Origin: Felis catus
Taxonomy: Eukaryota
Reading direction: 5' to 3'
DNA: 64,000 nucleotides
NCBI RefSeq assembly: GCF_018350175.1
Contig: NC_058368.1
Coordinates: forward strand, 8,494,001-8,558,000
Positions 36,866 to 49,271 of the stretch are shown here, piece after piece (the first letter of the stretch is position 1; every line of letters starts with the position of its first letter). The notes under the pieces were generated by a model. That model was not told where the DNA came from, ran no database searches, and was given only the letters and a program-made list of their open reading frames with translations. A program made the position numbers and the translations under genes.

Positions 36866-38829
36866 AGACTTTTCTTTTACTCATCTTTTAATTGTTCCTG
36901 TACTGTGTTTTGCATCAGCTGATGCTCAGTCATTTGGGTCTGTCTCAGAGCCCTTTGAGTCCTGTCCCCACGTAACCTTTTTTTCTCTCATCTTCCTAAC
37001 ATGCGAGGCTGTCTGGGGGAGTCCACGGTCTGCGGAAGGGGCCAGGTGCTAGTCTTGGCATGGGCGCCCGGCCCCCGTGTGGCTGTGACAGGTCTCAGCT
37101 GGCGGACTCGGCCCGAGTCTCCCTGGGCTTCATCCTCCTCGTGTAAAGCGAGAGGCTTGACATAATTCACGTCTCTGTTCCTTTCCATCTCAAATACTCA
37201 GTGACATTCTGTGACGGATATATGCTCAGCAAGGCGTTACCCAGAGAGCCAAGTAAGTTAGGAGAGATTCCGTGTGCTACTGTATTAATTCAACAATATT
37301 TAGTGAGTGCCTGAAGTTGTTGGACACCGTTCCGCTCACTGGGGATCGATGGTGAGCAGGGCGGATGCAACCCTTGCTTATCCTCACAGAGCTCATGTCC
37401 TATTGGAAGAGGAAGACAATGAACAAATAAACGTGGAGAATAACGGAAGAAGGCTGGGAAGAAGCACAGACTGTGGCCGGGGAAAGACGATGCACCTCAA
37501 GGAAAGTCTGTCTGGGGAGGGCACGTTCAGGATGACCCCTGATATGTAGGATGGGTCCATCCGTGTGAAGAGCCAGGCATGGAGTGTGCAAACAGTGGAG
37601 AACAATGCGGAGTCAGTGGGCAGGCTGCTAGGGGAGGAGGGGGTGAGGGGAGATTTCGCAGGGCCACACAGGTCCCAGCAAGGAGGCCATGGGAGGGTTT
37701 GTGGCCGTGAAGTGACCGTTAACATGCCAAGATACCACTCTAGATGCCTTGTGAAGGGGAAATGGCTCATTAGAGAAGCAAGATTGGAAGCCAGGAGATC
37801 TGGGAGGAGACTTATAAGTGGCTTACGTGGGAGATGATGTGGAGGCAGAGAGGGAGAAAAGCGGGCGGGCTGGTGATGCCCTTGGGAAGCCCATCCGATA
37901 GCCCTCACCGGTGGGTGGGGTGTGAGTTAAAAGGGCCAAGGAAGCTCTTAGTTTCAGCTGTGGTGGTGAGGTAGATGACAGAACCAATAATCCAAAAAAG
38001 GGAGCCTTGGGAGAGCTGGGATGGGCGTTGCGAGGCGGGCCGTGGCCAAGAGGTCTCCTGTCTGGCCCTCGTTCTCTGGAACAGGTCCTTAAACACGATT
38101 ATCTCATTCTCTCTCGATATCACCTGCATTCTGGAAATAGCTTGTCTCCCATGTCTACCGTTAAAAATATTTTCGCCTCGGAGACACACAGTGTGAGAGA
38201 AGAAATGCAGATGGCCAAACAGCGTATGAAATGTAACTTGACTAGAGGTAAAGTAACAAAATAATAAGGCTTTTTACACCCTATCAAGTTTAAAAGCTGA
38301 CGATTCCACCGAAGCTTAGCATGGTGGCTTAAGAGCCCGCCTGGGGGTTCAGAGTCCAGCCCTTTGCACTTAGGCTCAGAAGTGATTTCGCTTCTCTCTG
38401 CCTCGCTGTGTAAAACACAGCGATAATATGTAGCCCTGGGATTGTTATGGATTAAGTGCAACAAAACACTGAAAACAGCACCTGGTAAGAGAAAGTGTCA
38501 TTTAGGTACTGAAAACAAATTCCTAGGGTTGAGCGAACTGTATTCAGTTAAAAAATGCTTTTGAGTTCCTCCCACAGGCCAGCTACTGTTCTAGGCTCTA
38601 GAATAGAGTGGCGAACAGAGGAGGAGGTGCCTGCCCTCCCAGAGCTTATATGGGATGCAGAAAGGCAGATAATAAATGGGTACCAGGATCAGATAACCTT
38701 GGGTGGTGAGAAGTGTGTTCTAAGCAGAGTGACCATATGTACAGTTCATGCTTGGTGTCATGGCATTCTGTCTGGTTTAGCGTTTTGGAACTCCCCAGAG
38801 TGGCCCAGTTTCATGCAAACACTGGTGCG

Positions 38830-39300
38830 TGAATGTTCTAGTATCTTTCTTTACAGTTGCCCAAACCTGGAAGTACCTCAGTGTCCCTCAACTGGAAGAC
38901 AGCTACATAAACTGTGGTTCGTAGCACAGAGCCTTATTTAGCCATAAAAGGGAACAGCTACGGATAGACCCAACACCGTGATGAATCTCGGATGCACGGT
39001 GCCGAAAGAAGCTGGATACAAAGGCTTCACACTGTGTAGTTACATTTAATTGACATTCTGGAAAAGGCAAAACCTAGGAACAGAGACCGGATTATTGGTT
39101 GGCAGGGACTAGGGATCAGGGAATGGTTGATCTACAAAACGGCTTGGGGCAATTTTTGGAGTTCGTGGAAGTGTTCGTTTTGTTTGACTGTGCTGGTGGT
39201 GGCCATAGGACAGCATACGTTTGCCAAATTTGCAGAACTGCACAGAGAAAAGAGTGAATTTTGCTGGATACTTAGACTCTGATTTAAAAAATTGGAAAAG
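38830..39300 (+). mobile_element. Old L1M 3' end
   Basis: cccaaacctggaagtacctcagtgtccctcaactgg...gacattctggaaaaggcaaaac. Confidence 0.7.
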
Positions 39301-39332
39301 ATTCCTAAGCAAGACAAAAATGTCCCTATTTG

Positions 39333-39653
39333 GTTTTTTCTGATTAAATATAATTTATTGTCCAGTTTGGTTTCCATACAACACCCAGTGCTCATCCCAA
39401 CAGGTGCCCTCCTCCATGCCCATCACCCACTTTCCCCTCTCCCCACCCCCCGTCAACCCTCAGTTTGTTTTCAGTACTCAAGAGTCTCTTACGGTTTGCC
39501 CCCCTCCCTCTCTGTAACTTTTTTTCCCCCTTCCCCTCCCCCATGGTCTTCTGTTAAGTGTTATGCTGAATGAAGTAAGTCAGGCAGAGAAAGACAGATA
39601 CTCTATGTTTGCACTCATCTGTGGATCTGAGAAACTTAGCAGAAACTTAAAAG
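39333..39653 (-). mobile_element. Short L1 insertion with 5' inversion
   Basis: 39333-39559 is an antisense L1 3' end and 39560-39650 a sense L1 segment; TSD tgtccctatttg at 39321-39332 and 39654-39665. Confidence 0.88.
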
Positions 39654-40351
39654 TGTCCCTATTTGAATGGTAAATGATCTGGTCGTTCTAGTTACAAAGT
39701 TTCAAGAGAGAGGAGATAGCGCTAGAAATAGGGAGATAGAATGAAGCCGGAGACTTTTTTCTTGAGAGCAATATGTATTCGTGTAACGAACGGGCATCCT
39801 TTATGTGCCAGGCCCCGGCATATAGTCTAAGCACAGGACGTGCACCTGTAAACAAAACCAAGCCTCTCACAGAGCCCAGAGTTGCGTATGAACGTGCAAA
39901 CACGTCCACCTGTTTACACAGTGGTTCTGCCTTTAGGAATAGATACTAAGGAAATAAGAGGTTCAGTAAAGATAAGCATTCAGCAGTTTTCTGTGAAAAA
40001 TTATTTGAAAAGGCAAAATCAGAACAACTTAAAATCTAAACAGTAGGAGAATAGATGGGTAAATTATGGTAAAAAATGACCATTTAAAAAAATGATAGGC
40101 TATTTATTACATGTATTTATGTGAGGAGGTGTCCGTGACATGTAAAGTGAAAAATTGGAGTTATGGAACTCATTCTCTAAGTGTAAAAAAAAAAAAATCT
40201 GGGATACTCAACTCTGTTCTTGGGGGGAGAGTAAGGGACTTTGGTATATTTACCTTTTTTTTTATATTCAAGATCATTTTTTAAATGATTGGCTATGTCA
40301 GTATTTCCATTTTGGAAAAAAAAATCATTCAAGACAAAAACAAAAGAAAGT

Positions 40352-40566
40352 GGGGTGCCTGGGTGGCTCAGGCGGTTAAATGTCCGACTTTGGCTGAGGT
40401 CATGATCTCACAGTTTGTGAGTTCGAGCCCCACGCCAGGCTCTGTGCTGACAGCTCAGAGCCTGGAGCCTGCTTCGGATTCTGTGTCTCCTTCTCTCTCT
40501 TTGCCCTTCCCCTGCTCATGCTCTGTCTTTCTCTCTCTCTTTCAAAAGTAAATAAACATTAAAGAA
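40352..40566 (+). mobile_element. Can-SINE
   Basis: Full head, B-box and tail. Confidence 0.92.
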
Positions 40567-42136
40567 GTAACTATTTAGCATAATATGCATGAAATGAACA
40601 CCCTATATTTTCTGGGTGAAATTCTGCCCTGGAAGGGAGGGATGCATTTTTTAAAGGGAAGTGCTTTTTTGTTGGCAGATGCAAATGAAGCTCACTGCAG
40701 ACAAACATGCAGATTTTTACTGGAGACACTTTAGACATCAACTTAATGTTTTTCATAGGTGTAACCTGTGAAAAGTCAACTTGCCTCTTTTATTGGCTCT
40801 GTGAAGGGGCACATAGCAGCATTCCATTTATGTATATATTGTTCTTCACTCTTTTTACCAGAGCAAAATAAAGCTAAAATAGCCTCTGCTACCTAAAACA
40901 TATATATGTGTATATTCCTTCTGAGCACTGTCCTGTTTCTATATTGGAATAAAATGTGATGTACAACTCATGTCATGCACATCGATAAGGAGAGTAAAGC
41001 AGGCTCCAGAGAGCTGTTATATTTCTACACGATTTTGCAGCTTTCACAGAATTCAGCACCACAGATAGCTACAGCATCCCCAATATTTACCGTTCCTCAC
41101 CCAGCAATACCACTCGGAACCATACTATAGTGAAACGACTTGAAACATTCATTGGGTCTGCAGTGCCTCAAGTTTTAGGATACCTGTGCTTGTACCTGTT
41201 GCAAATAAACATAGCGTTAGAAAAGAGGACCAAGAACGTGGCTATTCTGTTGCAGAAAATACGGAGGAATGATTACCATGGAACTTCCTAAAGCGGATGG
41301 ATACAGCGACTTTTACGTAAATATTTGCAAGTAACTTCATATAAAATTATCTTACTAAATGTCGTGGAACATGATAGACCCCAAATATATGGTCCGTAAA
41401 AATGTCAACTAAAATGTGAAATTTGATGTGTTGACTTTTTTGCATTACTCTTATATTTACAATATTTGCAATATTATTATAGATTATATTTTGGGCTCGT
41501 ATCTTACACACTTGTCTGTATGCTAAAGTTGCAAAGGATAATTTATCGCATGGTAGGAGTTGCAGCTGGAACTTCTTCGGCAGATACATTTTATTAAGTT
41601 GGATGGAATTGCATTTATATTCAAAGGCACGGTGCTTGAGCATTTATATGAAAATTCACATACTGGCAAAGCATTCCACAGCAGACCTGGCCGCTAAGGA
41701 AGGCTGTGGAATATTGTTTTTCAGTCTTTTAAAACCCAGTGCTCTTTTTAATAACATAAAAATCCCCCCAAACTTCATTTATTTTTGAATTAAATATTAT
41801 AGCAAGTATAAATCAAATCATGACAATCAGAATGTACTTTTTTTTTCTTACATCACCTCTGTTGAATATTCTGGTACAACCCTCCTGGAGTGAGGCTGCC
41901 TAATCAGCTGGGAAGGGTGGCTTTAGAATGTCCATGTTAAAAGACTGAAAAGAAAAAAGTAGAGCCTGTGCTGTACTGAAAGTGATGTAAACGTTGGCCA
42001 TTTTGAGCTCAAGTTGAAAGGAGATTGCTTCATCACAAGTGCCTACTGCGTGTAAAGTCCTGTCCCAGACCCTGCGTGGGAAACAGAAGTGTCTGAGCTG
42101 TTAGACTCCAACCTAGTGAGCTTATAATTTAATAAA

Positions 42137-42290
42137 GAGGAGTTGTGGGAGCGGGGATGGGCTAAATGGGTAGGGGGCATTAAAGAGTCTACTCCTGAAA
42201 TCATTGTTGCACTGTATGCTAACCAATTTGGATGTAACTTAAAAAAATTAAATAAATAAGTCAATATAGCCAGAAAAAAAAGAAAGAAGA
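42137..42290 (+). mobile_element. Very short carnivore L1 3' terminus
   Basis: ggatgggctaaatgggtagggggcattaa...ctgaaatcattgttgcactgtatgctaac followed by an A-rich tail. Confidence 0.75.
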
Positions 42291-42393
42291 CACACATGCC
42301 AGTATAATAAAAATAAGACATAGATGACTGTAATCAAAAGGTACACTTAGCTATAATAAAGTAGGATATACGTAACTATAATGTAAAAAGCAT

Positions 42394-42612
42394 GGGGCTC
42401 CTGGGTGGCTCAGTTGGCTAAGTGTCTGACTCTTGATTTCAGCTCAGGTCATGATCTCGTGGTTCGTGAGATCGAGCCCCGTGTCGGGCTCTACTCTGAC
42501 AGTGCAGGGCCTGCTTGGGTTCTCTCTCTCCCTGTCTCCCTCTGCCCCTCACCTGCTAATGCTCACTCCCTCTCTCTCAAAATAAATAAATAAACTTAAA
42601 AAATAAAAAACA
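42394..42612 (+). mobile_element. Can-SINE
   Basis: Full head and tail; flanks aaaagcat / aaaagccat. Confidence 0.92.
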
Positions 42613-43989
42613 AAAGCCATAGTTTAATAGTGCTAAAAGGAAACATCTGGGGATTGAAGGCATAGAGAGACAATATCTAGCCCCTTCCCCACCTTTTTGG
42701 GAGGGAAGAGGGGAGAAAATCTAGCAAAGTCTTCACGGAGGAGGTGGCCTTTGAGTTCAGAAGGTGAAGCTGTTGGGTAGCAGGGGCAATTTTAAACAGA
42801 AGAGTGAGGGGGATTGAGAAGTCTGGAAGCACATGTGGGCTCAGCATTCATCAGACCGTGAATGTCAGGCTGAGACATTTGGCTTTCCCCTGTCATTCAG
42901 CCAGGTTAGTTCACGATTGTCATAGTAGTAGGTGGCACAGACATGGTCGGTCAACTGGGGGCTTCTCTTTATCTGAGAATGCCTTTCATGCCGTACTGGA
43001 CAGAACAAACACGGTACTGGTGCAAGATGAATGAAGAGATTATATTCGAGCATGTAGATGTTATCAGTCCACTTAATGACTCAGAAATGTGTATGCATTC
43101 AATTGAAGGATTTCTAGATGAGAAGGTCCCATCATCAGAGACGGTGAGTTGGGGAGAGCTGAAGCGGTGCCTCATTGGTAAAGACGGGCAAAAACATTTT
43201 GTCTGTTGGCAAGGAGATGATGTGGTCCTCAAACTACATGCTCGTGAACCTGATGCTGAGCCCATGTTGAATTTTAAAAAGCGTTGGTGATGGATAAATT
43301 ATGAATACTGAGAAAAATGAACAGTGGTCCTTGGGAGAATTTTGGGTAGTGTGTAGACCAGACCAAGGGAGACAGTTTCATTTTCTTTCTTTACTTTGAT
43401 TTCCTCTCATCCTCTGTTGGAAGAGAGGCAGTATTATAATTATCTCAGCAACACATCCCGCAGAAGTTTCTCCTCTTACAATGTTCTCATGGACCACGTG
43501 GGGACACGTGCAGTAGCTGCAGGGCCCAGAGGGTGGAGGGGTGCCTACGTGAATGTGCCCATGGAGTGTTGATCAGCAGATGAGAACCTGCTGCTTTGCC
43601 TCCTACCCTGTTTTGCTGACAAAGCAGCGAAATGATAGTAAGGAGGGCACACTTACCTCTGCAAAGATGGTACGGAAACAGAATGGATTGCAAATATTTT
43701 GGATGAAAAATTAAGGATGGGCCCAAAAAGTTTTAAACAGCATAGAACAATGGACTTCAGTGGACAGTGGACAACTGAACAATGGACAACAGTGGACCAA
43801 CAAGATGAAGCTCCACAGGTACACTTTTATGGTCCTACCCATGGATGCTACAAGCCAGTTACAGATTTCTAGGATTGAGTCCCTGTCGTTTAGGAGTGAC
43901 TCATATAGGACTTTGGCATTTTATTTGATGATGTGGAATCAACAGGGTTATTCATGTATCCATGGAGAGAGAGGCCACTCTTTTAGATC

Positions 43990-44450
43990 GTGTGGTTAGA
44001 GGTATAACTGAGTGAATGCAAGTCTTGCTTTCACAGGACCCTGGATGATGCACCCAGAGCTAGAGTATTTTGTGCAGTTGTATGCTGTTCAGGAGGGACT
44101 ATAGGCTGCCTGGGGTATGGGCTTAGATGGTGGGAGTTTCTTAAACCTGCGCCAACAATTGGGAGAATCTGAGTTCTTTCACAAAGAGAATAGGTTTGGA
44201 TGAGAAAGGGGGGCATAATAGCTCTTCGGAGAGACCTGAAGTGTTGTTCCTGGTGGAAGAAGGATTGCCTTGTATTGCTCTAAAGAGGCAGATCTCCACT
44301 CCGGGCTAGTTTGACAGTGGCCTTGCCTGGAGGGCTGATAGGCTGCCAAGAAAGCTGGTGGATCTCCTGACACGGGCGTTTTCACCTTAGCACCAGGGGT
44401 GATCCCTTGGAAGACTATGAAGCATCAGAGAGACTAGGAACCTATAAAAT
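43990..44450 (+). mobile_element. Ancient CR1/L3 LINE fragment
   Basis: ctagagtattttgtgcagtt...gggggcataatagctcttc...ctgaagtgttgt...gaagaaggatt resembles the recalled L3 3' region. Confidence 0.5.
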
Positions 44451-44913
44451 CATTAAATTCCTTTTGGACCCAGGAGTTAATTAATGGATTTTTTTTTCCC
44501 CAGATAAAATCTCATTGACCTCTCAGGTCATCATTCATAACTTTCTATAGTAACATATGAAGTACATGAAAATTGCATGCCTCACTCTGGGAAAATGGAC
44601 CTCACGTGGGGGTGGTTAGCACGGTTGGTCGACATATTTTTGTTTCTTGTTTAATCGTACAATCCTGTATGAGGAGTCTGAATTTGTATGATCGTGTTTC
44701 ATATTGGGGAAAACATGTTTATCTTAGTTGGATGCCTTGGATTGAAGTCCAGATCCAGAAAAAGACAAAAACAAAAACTTTTGCTCATATTGACCCTGTG
44801 ATTGACTTGTGGCCATGTGATGCAGCTCTAGGGGGGAGATGTAGAGTCTTGGCAAGAAGAGAAAGAGGAAACATCACCTCCTGTATGACATTTTGCCTTC
44901 TAGAACTGAAGGG

Positions 44914-45100
44914 TTTTTTTTTCTTCTTCTTTTGAAATGTTTGTTTGTTTGTTTTGAGAGGGAGGGAGCACGAGGAAGGGGCAGAGAGAGAGAGGGAGAG
45001 AGAAAATCCCAGGCTGGCTCCATCTCAAGAACCATGACATCATGACCTGAGCCCAAATCAAGAGGCAAACGCCTAACCGACTGAGCCACCCAGGCGCCCC
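44914..45100 (-). mobile_element. Can-SINE with internal deletion
   Basis: Head ctgagccacccaggcgcccc; the B-box region is deleted. Confidence 0.88.
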
Positions 45101-46570
45101 TGCAGAAGGTTCTTAAATGCTCTCCTCTTGTTATGTGAGCTTTCTCTCCTTTTTTTGGTTTCTGGTTTTGCTTCTCTATTCTTGGTCTTATGATAGTATC
45201 GTTTCCTTTTATTCTTTCTTTGGGATCTCCGCCACTTCACCGAAAGGCAGCTTTTCCTTGTGAAGCTTCCACTTTCTGCACAGATTTGACTTCCTGTCTC
45301 TGTTTCTGCTCTGCCAGTTCTTGGCTGTGTGACCTTGGGAATGTTGCCCTCTCTGTGCTTTCGTCTCCTTACTCGGAGAGCAGAGAAGCAGCAAGGGGAT
45401 GTTAAGATCTGTCTCCGGAGGCCATCACAAGTATTAAATAGCTTAACTTGAATTAAAGCTAAAGATTAAACAAAATGAGTTATAATTTAAAAGTTAAGTT
45501 AAATTTTATGACTATGAATTCGTGCTAAGAATGATACTTGGCCCGTAGAAAGTCCTAGCTTTCCATTCCCTTACCAGTGAGTGACCTTTATTGCTTACTG
45601 AGAAAGAAAAAGATATTTATTATGTAATTCTTTAAAAAGTAAAATACAGCTCTTTTCTAGCAAGACACTGATTTGACACCTACCTGTTTGTCACTCTCTA
45701 ACGATCACATGTGGATTGCTGTGTATGACCCTCTGGATTTGTCCGTCATTGGTGAAAATAATTCCTTTCTTTCTTTCTCCCGGCCTCGACAGTTCAAACC
45801 AGAGGGCTCTTGGCTTCATGCTTATAATTCTGCCCACAGAGAATTAGAGGCACTCACTTTCTGTGGATGGCCCATATTTGTGGGATTTCTTGCTCTCCTT
45901 GGCTTTCTGGGACGCCTGCTTTCTGACCCAGAGAGCACGGTGTTCTTTTAAACTGCTGTCTTACTGATTTGTCTACATGCTTTTTGTATCTGTGCCCAGA
46001 GGATATGTGTGTCTTCCAGGAAAACGTGTTTTAACTCGCATAAAGAAATAAAGATGAATTCACTGAGAATCCCCTCGGTGTCAGGGATCAGAGTGTGAGC
46101 ATCTTGGTGAGGCCTGAGGGCTCTCTTGGGGTGAAGCTGGACCCGGGGCATCAGTGGCTTACTGAAGACAGGCCTGGAAGGAGGCAAAGAGGGAGAAGAG
46201 GAACGTGGGAGATAGGGACGGAGGCAGGGGAGGTTGGGGTGGGGAGAGGAAGACCGTGAGCACCAATGGGAAGAACAGAAGGGCAGAATGCCAGGGAGCG
46301 AGAGTGCCCACACACGTACGGGTGTGTGTGTATTTGGGCAGGATTAGTTGGAAGGAATGGCAAGACCTAGACCGGGGTGTTAATGTGTCTTGGGGTGAGG
46401 GAGAAGGGACAAATAAAACACACAAAAACCCCAGCTTCCAGGAAATGATCTCATTTATGTAAAAAATACGTGCGACTGTAATAGATGCGAAAGAAACCAA
46501 AGAGAGTTTTATCACCTGAGGTTTTCGGGGTGCCAGTGGCAGGTAGCCAAGTGAAAAGTTAGGAGGGGAT

Positions 46571-46785
46571 GGGGCGCCTGGGTGGCTCAGTCGGTTAAGC
46601 GGCCAACTTTGGCTCAGGTCATGATATCGTGGCTCGTGAGTTCAAGCCCTGCATCGGGCTCTGTGCTGACAGCTCGGAGCCTGGAGCCTGCTTCCGATTC
46701 TGTGCCTCCCTCTCTCTCTGCCCCTCCCCTGCTCATCCTCTCTCTCTCTCTCTCAAAAAATAAATAATTAAAAAACTTTTGTTTT
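46571..46785 (+). mobile_element. Can-SINE
   Basis: TSD aaagtt(a/g)ggagggga. Confidence 0.93.
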
Positions 46786-47269
46786 AAAGTTGGGAGGGGA
46801 GGGGGCTGGGCTGGAGAGGAACGTGGAAGTAGCCGTGTGTTACTGGTGATGGTTCTCAGGTGTTCATCCTGTCATCGTGCTGTGTAGCATCCATCCAAAT
46901 GTATGTATGTGTGTATATACACACGAATATATCTGTACGTGTGCATGTGCACATAATCTTTTGAACAGATGAAATTACAAAGAGTAACGAAGGGAGACGG
47001 GGGGTTGCCTTGTAACCTACTTCAGCAGAAACGTAACAACGGCTTCCCAGAAAAATGTGTACATGTGTACTTGTATGGACGAGGAGGAAGGTGTAGAAGG
47101 CTGTTAACTTGGAATCCCCACGGGGGGATTGGGGATGGAGCAGAACCTTGTTCCTTTGAAACGCTGCCACACACCCCCCCCCATGCCTAATAAAATGCAC
47201 TCCCAGCAGTGGATAAACCAACGTTAACCTTGAAATGAGTGGTTTACTGATGATCTGTGACTCTCCCTA

Positions 47270-47780
47270 ATAGAAATTGAAACACTGTATTAGATTTTAA
47301 GCTCTTTGAGGGCAGAAATAGCATCACGGAGAAGATCTTCATCATTCATTCATTTACTCATTCATGTTACAAATACATGTTAAGTGCCTAATGCATATGC
47401 TGGGTATTGAACAATATTTTCTTCAGCGTTTGGCACATTTGAAGAGGTTTTTTTTTAAGTAAAAGTACAGGATGTTGTGAAAGGTCATCATAGAAGGACC
47501 TAGTCTGTTTTAGTGGGTGAGGAAGGCTTCCCAGGGGAAGAGGTATGTATGCTACAAACTGAAGATTACAAAGGAGTTGGGTAATGCTGGGAGGAGAACC
47601 CATGTTCTGTGTAGATGGTAGGCTTTGTGCCGAGGCCCCGAAGCAGGGAAGGAGGTGCACGGTAATGTGGAGGATGAGGACAGTGTGCCTGCAGCCTGGA
47701 GACTAAGAGGGTGAGTGGGGGGGGGGGAGGCTGGAAAGGTGCGTAGGGACTGGATCACGCAGGCCCTGAAGGCTGGGGTA
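47270..47780 (+). mobile_element. L2 fragments
   Basis: cattcattcatttactcattc...; ggaaggcttcccagggg...; ggatcacgcaggccct. Confidence 0.6.
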
Positions 47781-47794
47781 GAATTTCCTGCAAC

Positions 47795-47922
47795 TTCTTA
47801 TTTTGGAAATTTTCAAACCTATAGAACAGTTACAGGTGTTGTGGAGTGGATCACCTAGATTTTCAAATTACTATCATTTGGCACAGTTCTGTTTTCTCTC
47901 TCTTTTTCAGACTCTCTCTCTC

Positions 47923-48006
<84 letters not shown>

Positions 48007-48870
48007 TGCTGAACCATTGGAGAGTAAGTTACCACGTGTCATGTCAAAAAGCATATCATGTTTAAAAGCTTGGATCTTCCAAGAAAAAAGACGGTCTCAG
48101 ATATAGTCACCATACTGTTATACACCTAGGAAAGTTAACATTGACAAAATACCTTGACCCCATATACAACCCATTTTAAATGTCTAATTGCCCAAATAAC
48201 GTCACTCGCTCACTATTTTTTTAGAATCCGAGATCTGGCCAAGGTTCATGCATTGTATGTAGATATCCGTTGGCATTTGGGGGGCAGGTTTAGGCCAGTT
48301 ACTTTGTCAACTGTCCGCCAATTTAAATGTGCCTGATTATTTCCTCGTGGTTAACTTCAGGTTGAACATTTATAGCAAGAATACGATCTAAGTGACAAGG
48401 CACTGAGAACTGCCTAACAGTAGGAACACGTGGTATGAGTTTCCATTATTGGTGTTAAACGTGGTCACTTGGTTAAGGTGGTGTCCACCAGATATCTCCA
48501 TTGTAAAGATAAAGATTTCCTTTTGTAAGAAATAGAGTCATCTGGAGACTGGTACCTTTAGATTCTGTGAATGAATATCCTGGTCCCCAATAATCTTTCA
48601 CCTGATACCGTTGGCAACCGTTGGGGTCCCACACCCAAGATAATGAATTATAATTCCAAAACGGCGATTTTTCTAACTGTATGATTTTTCTTATATGTCT
48701 GGGTGTTACTCTGTGAAGACCAGCTTTCCCTTCTCTTCCAGCCTTTAAATCGTCATCCGTATGAACCTGTGGATTTTTAAAATTTGAATTTAAGATTTAA
48801 CGTATTTCATAATCCCTGTCTAACATTAATCATTTTTATGTTTTAATTTCCCCCGATTTGGCCAGCAGGC
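47795..48870 (-). mobile_element. Old L1M(C/E) 3' fragment containing a compound (CT)n(CA)n microsatellite at 47913-48004
   Basis: ttattttggaaattttcaaacctatagaacagtt...ggtcacttggttaaggtggtgtccaccaga...ccccgatttggccag. Confidence 0.65.
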
Positions 48871-49028
48871 ACCAATCAGAAAGGCTTTTGAGAAATTTAT
48901 GGGCTGAGTGAGTGAATGAATTAATAATATGAACGTGATGAATAAAGCTGTGTTTTCCATGCCTTTTTCTCCCGAGACTCTCTGTTTGTCGATGCCAATA
49001 ACATGGTTTTATTTTTACTTCTCTCTAG

Positions 49029-49271
49029 GTCTCACGGACTAATTGGCCCTCGTTCAGCAGGAACCTAACAGATAAGTCATCCTGCTGTATGTCAAGACGA
49101 TGCTTGGTTTTAAAACCGCTCTGAAAATGGTTCAGGTAGTATTGCAACGTGACATTGTCGGGAGGCGGCAAGCAGCTTGAGAGTCTCCCACGAAACAAGT
49201 AGCAGCTCGGAGGAAGCACCTTTCCGTTAAGTAGGACTGCATGGCCAGCCGCCCCCACTGAAGGGCTGAAA
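49029..49271 (+). other. MTUS2: 5' UTR portion of the large MTUS2 exon
   Basis: Pyrimidine-rich acceptor ttttatttttacttctctctag|G (AG at 49027-49028), 243 nt upstream of the ATG. Upstream non-coding exons are presumably outside the window. Confidence 0.8.
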
